DNA from: Novakomyces olei
Lineage: Eukaryota
Reading direction: 5' to 3'
Length of the DNA: 64,000 nucleotides
Assembly (NCBI GenBank): GCA_016906335.1
Contig: JADEYG010000015.1
Location: 1,240,001 to 1,304,000 of the forward strand
Part shown: positions 1 to 12,067 of the stretch, one piece after another
How the letters are laid out: each line of letters starts with the position of its first letter
Position numbering within the stretch: position 1 is the first letter of the stretch
Notes under the pieces: model-generated
Databases searched by the model: none
What the model was told of the DNA's origin: nothing
The model's input: the letters and a program-made list of their open reading frames with translations, nothing else
Program-made: the position numbers and the translations under genes

Positions 1-460
<460 letters not shown>

Positions 461-740
461 TGGCGAACGAGAATCTTATCTGGTGCCTCTGCATAAAATT
501 AAATATTTATAGTATATTAATTAATAAATTTGATAAATAATAGTCTTGCAACGATAATGGCAATTGCTCCTGTCATAATATTATCGAATATAGCGCAGAA
601 TTTATTTCCATTTATTATGTATGCCCGTTGCCCACTATAACTATCTGTACCGCCTCGTCAATATAATTATTATCGAAAATAATTATATAAGGCTGAACAT
701 TAATCAGAGCGCATTTAACGCACTCCAATTTTGATCAGCA

Positions 741-3700
741 ATGGTACAAACAGACTCGAGCGCGTACGTGTCCACGTTTGAGTTTGATTGTAATGGGCGC
801 TCAGTGCGAGGTTGGCGGAGTAGTGCAACGGGGCTCAATGTGGTTAATCTCGCATTAGATTCGCCTCTTGTAAATCTTTATGTGACCATCCCCACAGAGA
901 GTAAGCGGTTATCATGGCAAGAGTGATTAACAAGGATTATAGTTACCAACGATACCGGCTGCCCTCATACTCTCGAGCATTTATGCTTTATGGGAAGCAA
1001 AAAGTACCCTTTCAAGGGAGTACTGGATACTGTTGCAAACCGAATGTTTGCCGAAGGCACAAACGCCTGGACGGGTAAACTGAGGCCCCCTTTTTTTTTT
1101 TAATTTCAGCTTTTCTTTATTTCATCAATCTATTTTAAATATTTTCATTGATTTGTATTTTCATTCGGTTTTTAGTTCTCAACTCTCTACTTTTGCGGGT
1201 TCATTTGCTATTCTGATCGAGATTACGAGTGTCCTGCTACTATAATACGCTTACAGCCGTGTCTCTGTGCTAAACATTGTAGACGTCGACAGTACGGTCT
1301 ACACGTTACAGACTGTGGGGCAGGACGGGATGCTTTCTTTTCTTCCCATTTATATGGATCATTTATTGCACCCAACGCTTACGGAAAGCGCTTGCCTTAC
1401 TGAAGTTCATCACATAAATGGCAAAGGAGAGGATGCTGGTGTCGTGTTTTCCGAAATGCAAGGTCGGGAGAATTCTAGTGGCGATTTGATGAATTTGAAG
1501 TCGGCACAAAAGTTGTTCCCTGCCGGCTCTGGGTACCGCAGTGAAACTGGCGGCAAAATGGACAGCCTGCGTGCGCTTAATGTTGATACGATTAGGGCTT
1601 TTCACAGAGATTATTATCGGCCGGAGAATATTTGTATAATTCTGACAGGCAACATTGATTCGGACCGGCTCTTGAATGTTATGGGCGGAATCGATCGCGA
1701 TGTTTTGGCATCATTGAAGGAAGCAAACCACCCTGGAAAGCAGAAAAGGCCCTGGGTAAGCTCGCCTGTACCAGATTTGAAGAAAAATGTGACAGAGACG
1801 ATACTGTTTCCTGAGCAAGATGAATCAATGGGTGAGCTTCTCCTGTCTTGGCTCGGTCCGCAAGTTCATGAACGTCTTATTGGCTCTGCTATTCAAATAA
1901 TGGCAGATTACCTGACCGATTCTTCCGCATCTCTTTTGCAAACCAAGTTTGTCGAGCAGGACGATCCGCTGTGTACTGCAATTTATACACTAACCACTGA
2001 GCGGATTCGCTATGTATTTAGTTTGGAGTTTAGTAGTGTTCCCGTTGAAGAAATTGAAACACTGAATACTCAAGTAAAGTCGGTTATTGCGAGCATCAAA
2101 CTGAAGGATATTGACATGGATCGTTTACATATGCTGTTGGATCGAGAACGGCTTAGCGTGTTGCATGCATTAGGTACGGATACTCTTTTCTTTTATTTAT
2201 TTTCGTTTCTTTTGTTTTCCTTTATTCTCTTTTTGCCTACCATTCCTTTCTTTTTGTTTCGTTCTTTCTGCTGTTGAACATTTCTTGTGCTTCAAGCTAA
2301 TTACAGAAACTTGTGGCCACGACTCGCTTGGCACGTCAGCCGGAACAGATTTCGTGTACGGAGACCGTGCGGGCAAAAGTTTATCTAATGCTCTTCATAG
2401 CATTGAGCAGCTACAGACTCTGCAGAAATGGCAAAACAGGGACTGGTACGATCTGCTACAGACTTGGTTTGTCGGTAATGCAAGCGTGGCGGTTCTGGCG
2501 AAGCCTTCACGGGAAATGGCACAAAGACTGGAGGTGGAAGAAAAACAGAGAACGCAGGCGAGGGTTGATAAGCTGGGAAAAGATGGACTTGAGCTCTGTG
2601 CGGCCGCATTGTCTAGAGCAGACGCAGAAAACTCAAGGCCCATTCCTCGAGAGGTTATTGAATCATTTCGAATCCCCAGTCTTGACTCGATCTCCTTTAT
2701 CGATACTAAGACTGCACGAGTCGGGCTTCTAGAGCCCAACAAATTTTGTGATCCCAATTTGCAAGAGCGGCTGGCGGCGGGCTTCGAGGGCACAGGCCTA
2801 GCTATTCAGTACGATAGTGTTAAATCTGCCTTTATGGAGGTGAATGTATACGTATCCACGCAGACTGTAGAGCCGCGACTGAGGCAGTACATCTACCTGC
2901 TGACGCAATACTTCTTCGCATGCCCTGTCGTTATTGACGGCCAAAAGTTGGATTTTGAGGAGATGGTAACGCGACTGGAAAAGGATATTTTTGCGTACGG
3001 CATCGACATCGGTACAAGCATGGCTTTCCCCGAGATTCTGTGTGTTTCGCTGACGGTGGAGAAAACTAAATATTCGCATGCTATTGAGTGGCTGACGATA
3101 TTGTTCAAGCAAATGCTGTTTGAGGCAGACCGGCTGTCCGTGTGTGTGCAAAAGGCTATCAACGATATTCCGCAGTCAAAACGTAGCGGCAATGTTATTG
3201 CTCGTTCGTATATGTCGCTTCTGCAGCTGGACAAGGATAAGTCCAGTTCCCTGATGACCAATCTGCTCTACCAGCGGGACGTCTTACGTCAATTAGAGGC
3301 CGACTTGGACGGAGAGCAAAAGGCTAATGTCGAAGCCGACTTTAGCAGACTCTACCAACAGCTGTTTGACGCTCGTAATTTCCGGGTTCACGTTTTCGGG
3401 GACCTGGAAAACGAGCAGGTATGCCGCGAGTCCACTTTGCTCTGGCGCGACTTTGCGAGAGCAATTTCGCCACAAGAACAGAGTAAGGAAACGGCGACGG
3501 CAGCCGTTGAAAATGGCAATGAAATGGGGGAAAATGCAACTAAAAATAATGGTCGCAAAACTCAGATTGCCAGCGGCAGCTGGCAGCTGGCTCCGATCGT
3601 CCATCTTCGTGACGTTATGCTACCCAACGGAACAAGTCCCTGTGGACACGCTGCTGTATGTTGCCTTCCCACTATTGAATCAACCTTCTCTATCCATACT

Positions 3701-4357
3701 GCCGCTGGTCTCTGTGACTATGGGCACAGAGACCTTCCGGCACTCACGCTGGCGATTGCCTATCTGAACGCTATTGAAGGCCTTATTTGGAAGTACATTC
3801 GCGGCGCTGGACTCGCTTACAGCTGCAGCATCTCTTCCAGCGTGGAGACTGGGCAAATACGGTTGGTTGTACATTCTTCGCCGGACGCCTTTAAAGCATG
3901 GAACAAAATGAGAGAAATAATCGATGCTCTAGCTGTTGGAGAAGCTGCAGGCGATCTGGAAAAAATCGAGATTGATCCATTGCTGGTTGATGGAGCCAAG
4001 TCTTCAGCGGTTGAAAGACTTGTGACTACAGAGGCCACTTTGTCTCAAGCTGCCACAGAATCTTTTAATCAGCAGGTAATGCGAGACGGCCAAAACAAGT
4101 ACAGGAATCGTGAGATCCTGTATGCACTCCAGCGCGTGTCGGTGGAAGAGATGAAGCGGGCAGTTGCCACGTATATAAAGCCCTTGTTTTCTCCTCTGAC
4201 CTCGGAGGTCGTGGTGGCAGCACCGCCCGCTCGGGCGCCTGCTATCTTGGAGAGTTTTAGAGCTGCTGGGTACAAGGCAGACGACGATGTGATTGATTTG
4301 TTTGAGGGTGATGACGATGAAGACGGAGAGGACGATGAAGACGAGGAGGATGATTAG
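741..4357 (+). CDS. M16 family zinc metallopeptidase (Sdd3/YOL098C-like), 4 exons
   Basis: Exons 741-900, 943-1074, 1283-2173, 2307-4357 join in frame. Exon 2 encodes GCPHTLEHLCFMGSKKYP (HxxEH) and NAWT. The C-terminal half has IRGAGLAY and an acidic tail. Confidence 0.9.
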
Positions 4358-4918
4358 TATTAGACTCAAAAAGGTAAACTTCCGGCAGTACAAAACAATC
4401 ACTGTGGTTTGTGAGACTTTTCATTGACTACTACTATATTCTAGATCTCGTTTATTACATCTCGTTTATTCTAGATCTCGTTTGCATACTGCACTGATAC
4501 ACGCTTTTTGTTGGAGAACTGGCTTTAGTCAAAGCATATACAATGTTGTTTGTCCCCCTAATAAAGGCAAAAGCCATAATTAGACAAAAGCCATAATATC
4601 CCTTCTCAAGGTGGAATAAACGTAGACAACTTTTTGCGTCATGTGCCTTTATAGAGCATTCGAACCTGTCGCTTGTAGTCGATTGATATTGTGACGTTTG
4701 ATTCCGTCAAATAAAGAGCCTTTTTCTTTCCTATTGGATGTTCATAGTCTATTCACGTGTACTGTGTCGGGCGCCCAATAACGGTCGGCCTTTTACCCGC
4801 ATTATTTCCAGCAAGTCTAGTATACGTAGAACAAGTATTTCGTGCTACTTTTGGTAATAATGTACTACTTGAAATTGAATAGTACTAGCTATGCACCAAA
4901 AACTGCGGGACTCGACCA

Positions 4919-5356
4919 ATGTCTGCCGACGACCAAAAATTCATTAAACTTGCGATAAAAGAGGCGAGAAAAAGCGAATTTATTCCCGGCGCATTTTGCG
5001 TTGGTGCTGTCATTGTCGCCAACGACGGGACAGTGTTGGCAACAGGGTTTTCGCGAGAATTGCCCGGCAATACTCATGCAGAAGAATGCGCTATCGCGAA
5101 ATGCAGTGGCCGCGACTTTTCCCAGTCTGTGATGTACACAACAATGGAGCCGTGCTCGACACGGTTGTCCGGTAGAAAACCCTGTGTCGCTCGCATCCTT
5201 GAAGCAGGAATCGGACGCGTCGTTATGGGAGTGAATGAGCCTGATGACTATGTCGCGTGTACGGGGACGGCAGAGATGCGTTCTGCCGGTGTACGTGTAG
5301 ATATCGCGCCAGGGTTCGAACACGAGTGCCTCGCTATTGCTCGTGGGACCGGCTGA
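4919..5356 (+). CDS. Standalone RibD/Rib2-type zinc deaminase (riboflavin pathway pyrimidine deaminase-like)
   Basis: FCVGAVIV, SRELPGNTHAEECA and YTTMEPCSTRLSGRKPC (HAE..PC..C zinc motif). Confidence 0.85.
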   Translation: MSADDQKFIKLAIKEARKSEFIPGAFCVGAVIVANDGTVLATGFSRELPGNTHAEECAIAKCSGRDFSQSVMYTTMEPCSTRLSGRKPCVARILEAGIGRVVMGVNEPDDYVACTGTAEMRSAGVRVDIAPGFEHECLAIARGTG

Positions 5357-6322
5357 CGCGTTACAATATGGAAAATATCTGCGTGCTTTGGGACGGAAAT
5401 AGTCGTTTAGCTGCACTTGTACATATAATCAAGCAGACTCGAGCCGTGTTAAAGCCCAAATTGTTGTAGTATTTTTAAAACCTTACTTCACCAATGTCAT
5501 TCTGCACAGTACGGTAAACGCCGGCTGCCATTAAGTCATTCGTTCATTCATTCGTTCATTCAGTCCAGTCGACTCGTGTATACTATCATTCTATTCAATT
5601 TTTTAAACTAGACTAGTCGTTTCAGTAGAAGGCAGTCAGCCCGTACACGAATACTAATAGGCGAGCAAGACACGGCCATTCAGCGAGACCGTAAAGCTGC
5701 TCTGAGCGGTAAAGTGGTAACCTTTCAAAGTGGTACCCTCTTTCGGTATCTCGAGTACCTAAACTCTGTTTGGTTTAGTATAATGTTACCGGAGGTTTGC
5801 TAAACACCGCGCCGATTTATCACCGATACTCATTGCGTACACTTATTTATGTTTATATATTTATTAATTCAGTACAAATTACACGTGCGCACAAAGGGAA
5901 GAAATAGCGCAAAAGGCGCCAGCAAATATCCTTGCGTATAGTGCTTTAAGCGGTCTGAAATAGAGCGCTCATTAAAGGAGGCCAAGGAAGGTTGGCAAGG
6001 ATCTTTTCAGGCAAGGAGGAAGGGTTCGGGAAAACAAAGTGCACTTTTGCGACTCGGGTAGAGCCGACAAATTAAAGGAGAGACAGTTTACTGAATTGTC
6101 AGCGGACAAGAACCGTTGCCTGGCCTGGTCTGTTGCAAGTACAATCGAGTCGTAAAGCAGAGCCGAGTTTGACGCTTTGGTTTGCAGACGAAGAATTGAC
6201 GAAATTGCCGGTTGGCAAGATCAATCGCCATAATATCAAGTTACAGTTAATATCTGTGACTCCTTTTTTTTTTCTTTTTTTTTTTTCTACATCACACGCA
6301 GCTATTACAGGCTTTGTGGGGT

Positions 6323-7120
6323 ATGCCTCGTCTACCTACCAAATCAGATATCCCGGAGGAACTTGAGTTTACTGTTCATTCCCCACCAGACGGCGATAAT
6401 GTGACGAATATACTTGTAATGCTGCACGGCTTGGGCGACAGTAATATCCCCTTTTCTCGATTGTGTGAAAACCTCAAACTTCCAGAGACTGCGAGTTTAG
6501 CTATTCGGGCGCCACACCGTTTGCCTATTGACTTGAGCGATGGCGATGGCGGTGGTGATGGAGGTGGAAACTGGATTTGGTACCGGGATATTGTGTTTGA
6601 TAGCGCAACGGGTGAGATGTCTGACTCTGACGGAGATTTTTCTCATTCCCTTGAGCTTTTATTGCGTCTAATAAACGCACTTGTGGACAAGTGCCAGTTC
6701 GATCCAGCCAGCGTTTTTCTTTTCGGGTTTGGACAAGGTGGCGTGGTTGCACTTGAAATTGCGAGGCAATTTGCTGCAGAGTTGGAAAATCGCAAACCGG
6801 TTTCCGATAAACCACTGCGTGGATTAGGCGGCGTTATTTCTGTTGGTGGGATATTACCAGTGACTTTGCGTACTGGAACGAGCGAGCGGATTGCCACGCC
6901 GGTGCTTGTGTGCACGGGACAGCGTGAACATTCTAAAGTTACAGATTCCGAGTTGCAAAGGTTAAAAGACGTTTTTACCCCGGTACAGTTAGTTGTTTGG
7001 CACGATAAAACTGGCGATTCAATGCCTCGTGGCCGAAAGGAATGGACGCATATTATGGAATGGTGGTCAAAGCATTTAAAGAGCACAAAGGGTGTGCCTG
7101 ATGGCTTTGTTCCGGTTTAG
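6323..7120 (+). CDS. Phospholipase/carboxylesterase (abhydrolase_2) fold protein lacking the nucleophile Ser
   Basis: MLHGLGD and FLFGFGQGG. First ATG is at 6323; intronless. Confidence 0.8.
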   Translation: MPRLPTKSDIPEELEFTVHSPPDGDNVTNILVMLHGLGDSNIPFSRLCENLKLPETASLAIRAPHRLPIDLSDGDGGGDGGGNWIWYRDIVFDSATGEMSDSDGDFSHSLELLLRLINALVDKCQFDPASVFLFGFGQGGVVALEIARQFAAELENRKPVSDKPLRGLGGVISVGGILPVTLRTGTSERIATPVLVCTGQREHSKVTDSELQRLKDVFTPVQLVVWHDKTGDSMPRGRKEWTHIMEWWSKHLKSTKGVPDGFVPV

Positions 7121-7822
7121 AGTTTGAAACTATATACATATATTTATTAATGCTTAATGCTCTGGTCGTGTAACAGTCAGTCGTGGAAGCTTACTAGAAA
7201 ATGAATGTTGTGAATAATGGAACTGTAATCGATGCAGAATTGTAGATCTCGGCTGCTGGAGTAAGTGCCTAGCCTTTCTGGTGTCGTTTACGTTTATTTT
7301 TATTTTATTTTTTATTTTATATTTTTATTTATATTTTTATTTTTTAATCATTTTTAATTCCAATTTAGGTTTTAGTGTTTCTTTATTATGTATTTAGTCA
7401 TTAATTATTCCTTTGCCTTCGAACAATTGTGTACCTCTATCCTTTTTGCCTCTTTCTGGACAATGCGATAGACCCGAGGTAAACCTGTTGTACAATACTG
7501 TTGTTCATTACAAGTTCAATTGCATCAATCAGTCTGCTGTTGACTAGTAATCATGGAAATACAATTTTGGAAGGCCCAGTAAATAACAATCATACAGGGG
7601 ACAACGAGGTATAGGAATAATTAGTATTAATCAGTATGAACATAAAGCGCTTAAACAGGCATACAGAGCACACGAAAATTCAACTCGAGTCGGCTTGGAA
7701 ATAGACAGTATCCATCTGGAAACAGTCTCAAAAATAATACAAAATCGTTATCCAGAAAATAAACAAAAAAGAAAGACCAAGCAGACTAAACTACACGCAC
7801 ACTAAGAGACGAGAGCGAGTGC

Positions 7823-9273
7823 TTAAAAGTTTCCATTGGGCACAGAGCAACATATGGCTGCGAGTATACCCGCGGAAATAGCGGCAATCAATATACCCTG
7901 AAAGAAAATACGGTCTTGCAACTGCCGCAGTGCCGGTTCCTGAACCCAAACTTCCTTGTCCAGTATCTTTCGGAGCAGATTCCTCTTTTTGTACTTTGGG
8001 ATCCATTCGACTGATGTAGGAGCGGCCGAGAAGATCGGTGGATTCCCAACACCGCCATTAGAGCTCAGTGAATGTGACTTCTCTTCGTCATCAGTGGCTC
8101 CCGAGACGGACGAGGCTCCAGAGCCATGAACGGGGAAAATCTCCCACGGTTTCAGCTGTCGATGGTGCAGTCCGTGCAGGACAACGCACATACCTTTGGT
8201 GGCGGCATAGAGGGTAGCGACACCGAGGAAAAAGAAAACAATTCCAAAAGTACGAAAGCCCCTAGCAGCGAAAAGGATTGTGATTATTTCAGCGGCAATT
8301 GAGGCCAGCATGAGACCGACACCGAGCAACTGAGCAAAAATCTGTCGCGAACGGTTCCCGTTCGCCACAGCATAACGAACGAAATTTGGATGAGTCACCA
8401 TTTTCAGGGTATAATAAACGTCATCTGCAACGGGCTGCAAAGCTGAAGGATGAGTGGTCTGATGAACATCGGCCAGTACCTGTTGTCTACGAGCGGCAGA
8501 AATATTTAGCTCGTAATCGCTAGTCGAAGAAAAGTACATATCAACAGCCGCGGCAAATTCACGCCGGAAGGGCTGGATAGAGGGTGCCAGCCCATACTGG
8601 CCCTGGGCAGCAGCATCGAGGGGGGCCACGTCCAGGGTAGAGCTCACGGGCTGCCTGGCAGGAGCGCCAGTGTGGCCGGTAAGGTTAGGGATTCGAGGTG
8701 GAGTAGTATCTGAACTGCGAGAGGCAGTAGAATTGTCTGCACTGCCATGCACAGGTTTAGAGAGCTCTTGCTCGCTTTCCGGAAGAGCTGCAAACCGTTT
8801 GGAATAGTCGCAAAACCAGAGGTAAAATTGAAGGTTCTCTGAAGAGTGTTCGACGTAGCGACAATAGTCCTGAAGTTAGTTTGCATACTCCAATCGAAAC
8901 CAAATTCAATCAAAGCCAAATTCGATTAAAACCCACTTCGATCAAAACCCCAGACGAGGGAAAAAAAAAAAGCCCGAAAAATTAAAAAAAAAAAAAACAA
9001 TAAAATATCATAAATTCATTTAAATTAAAGGCAATGCCAACAAGTGCGTATAGACCCCTATAAACGTACCATGAAATCGCGTTCCGTTGCCGGGGGACAG
9101 GTACTGCACTCCAAAACACGCTCAAGACTGAGCTCACGCGGCACACCGCGCACCGTTGTTTTGCGGGCCTGGGCCAAATCTTCCGCTGTGGCCACAGGTA
9201 TAGTCCCATCCTGAGTGGCGACAGGCCGGAAAGAGGGTCTAATGTACCAGAATTTAGAGAAAGTGTCCCACAT
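7823..9273 (-). CDS. RGS-domain multi-pass membrane protein (Rax1-like), 2 exons
   Basis: Exon 9273-9070, intron 9069-8870 (GTACGT..ACTAACTTCAG), exon 8869-7823. Spliced text DFMDYCRYVEHSSENLQFYLW and ELNISA are RGS motifs, followed by three hydrophobic segments. Confidence 0.8.
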
Positions 9274-10599
9274 CTTGGCCTGCTTAGTGGGCAAACGTGG
9301 CTTGACAATCTGAATGCTCAAAGAGACTTTTGGACGGCTCAATGGCAAAAGGCGCTTGCAAAATGTCGTAGACCGGTAACGGGCAACAAAAGAACAGTAG
9401 AGCAAATCGAGTACGAGTTGCAATGTTAATCACAGCGTTTTGTTATGCTTTTCCACGCTTCGCCACTGCCAAATGTTAGCCAAATACTATAGAACACGAT
9501 CGGAAATTAAAAAGAAACGAGGAAGGCGACTTGGATAGTTACAGCGGGCCTGGTGGTACCTGAACGACGGACAAAGAGGCGATCGTAGAAATAGGCTGTG
9601 AAATTGTTTCCAAGAGCCTATGGATTCCGCTTTACTGGCTCCTTTGAACAGTGCTCTGAGGGTACTGGAAAGTTCCCTTGTCCCACGAACGCTTTTGGAG
9701 GCACAAAAAAAAGGAGTGCTCTTTTTGTCCCGCTTAAAAGATTACTCGTGTGCGCGGCGAATGAATTATGAATATGGCAAAATTAATTAGGCGGAATGAA
9801 ATTGGTATATGGACACCTTTGTAATGCCGTTATAATATGTAGTGTTCCTGGTAGAATATTCGGCAATATTAAAGGTGCAGTGACAAATTTATAACGACGA
9901 TTAATTATCCAATAAGAACAAGTTGAGCAGACGAGGGAAAATAATATGAATCAATGGCAAAAGCGAACAGGACAACCGAGTGCGAATACAGCACCGTTCA
10001 TATTGTATGACGACCAAAGTGGATGGCACTTATGCAGCCATACTGATTTTTGCTCTGTTTTTTCTTTTGCCTGGCTTTTTCTTGCTCATTTGTGTCTTTG
10101 CGCTCTGCTGCTTGATATATACCAGTATACTTATCAGACCTGGTTTTACTTGTAACGTCACAGTATACATATCTTTGCCGCACGTTAGCGCATGTTATCT
10201 TTGAGACTGAGCAATCAATCCTATTGGCAAATTCCCTTATTATTGTTCCGGAAAGGTGCGCACAATGTCAATCATATCCACCATGTGGCCTCAAACAGGC
10301 TTCATAACGGAAAATACTTTTCCTGCACACAGAAAATCAAACGGATACACTGCATATCCCATGCACTGTTCCTTGGGCGCTTATTCGGCGAGGCTATGCC
10401 GCTCCCATGGCAGGGTTCTCGTAATATGCCAACGTTTACAATGTCAATGTGTCAATTCAGTTCAAGAAAGTAGAGTGTCGTAAATAGATGTCGACGTTTG
10501 CAGTAAAACCAAAATTAATGTCTTAATTTACTTCTGGTCGATGGCTCTTTAACTACTAAAGTAAAAGCGTTTATATATACCTAATTTTGATATTTATTC

Positions 10600-10718
10600 A
10601 CTTGTGGCCATACCATCCTGAATACGCCGGTTCCCGTCCGATCACCGAAGCTAAGCAGGATAGGGCAGGGTCAGTACTACGGTGGGGGACCACGTGGGAA
10701 TACCCTGTGCTACAAGTT
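10600..10718 (+). rRNA. 5S rRNA gene (dispersed copy)
   Basis: GGCCATACC..CCCGTCCGATCACCGAAGCTAAGC..AGTACT..GGGGACCAC.TGGGAATAC pattern; the ends ACTTGTGG/CTACAAGT pair; about 119 nt. Confidence 0.95.
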
Positions 10719-10720
10719 GA

Positions 10721-10732
10721 TTTATTTTTTTT
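10721..10732 (+). terminator. Pol III oligo-T terminator of the 5S gene
   Basis: TTTATTTTTTTT directly after the 5S 3' end. Confidence 0.75.
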
Positions 10733-12067
10733 CCAATATATCATCGATGTCGCGATATACGATGATGTTTCTTCTTTTTTTGTTCGTTTCACATTTAAAT
10801 GCGGTACTTCCAGATAACGTATTCGCGAGATTTAGCCAGAAACGCCCACGAGGGCTGAACTTCTTATTAGAACTGGAGACAATGTATATAATTCTGCCCG
10901 CGTGATTCGAAATTAGAATGCTAAATATTTTGGAGTTTGGAGGCTTCAGCTGACGGTAAATTTCTATTTAAAGAATTACGCGCCTTGATCGCCAACAAAG
11001 ACGCATGCTTTATTTGCCTTATTATATACGGCAACTCATCATTTGCCGTAATTGGGAGTATATGGCTTTTCGCCGAGTCAATTAAGCCTAGTTTTGACTC
11101 GGCTTACGGCTAGAAGATATTAAAAATTTCATTTTGCTATTTATGAAATATGTCATTGAGACGCCAATCGTCTCTGTGCAAAGAATGGGGTTCCCACCAA
11201 AGTGTGTGAATGCTGAGATACCCTATTTCCCACAATTGGCATACATGACGCCTTTTTCATACCTTCCCTCCCCTGATATATTAAAAATAGAATACTACGA
11301 CTATCACAATCAAGTAATGGTATAGTCTTCTATCGTAATGCCCGGTTCGTTAAAGCCTGAGCGGCAATTGAATAGCTGGGAGTAAAGCAACCGAAAGAAA
11401 ACATCATTTCCAGTAGAATTTTTTTCTCCAAGTTTTATAATTTCAGTGCAGCCTGCTCTTTGAGCCATGCTGCTAATTAATTATTTTTGTCATTCATTGA
11501 TCTGCTTTGTATCTCTTTTGTGTTTGTTTTTTTTCCTATTCTTTTTGTTCTAATTTATCTCCCTTTTTCCTCGATCCCCCCCTTTTGGTCAACTCTTATC
11601 CATAACCCCTCCTCTTGCTTTTTTTCGTCTGTTTAATTGTATTGTAAATTTTATAGCGATCTTCGCAGTATTTCTCCAGGAAAAAGGCAAGCGAGCTACG
11701 GGACGGAAAAGCCACGCGAGCAACCGTTGTGATTCTATTGCACAATATCATTCAATTGACGTATTTCAAAGGTATCAAACAATTTACGGTCTCTTTAGCT
11801 TCTTTTTACGCATTATTTTTTACTGAAACAGAACGGATTCGAAGGCGTATCACATTGACCGCTCGTTCAGTCTTAACGCACCTGTATCCTTTAGCTTTGC
11901 GATTGAAAAGGATCACCGCGCTATAAAATTAAGCGATCCGAGAGGTTTCGAAACTGTTACTATAGCGGCGCCGCCGTGGCAGCGGTTTTCACGCTGCCGT
12001 GGCTGCGTAAAATTATCTCGCGCGCCTCGAGGATTTCCCCTTTTTTCGTACCTTTCAAGGCCGCAAA

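Noticed and set aside
4650-4720. Possible tRNA (GGTTCGAAT B-box on the minus strand)
   Set aside because: I could not form a T-stem or acceptor stem; at most an isolated B-box.
10587-10817. ORFs overlapping the 5S gene
   Set aside because: Chance frames across an RNA gene.
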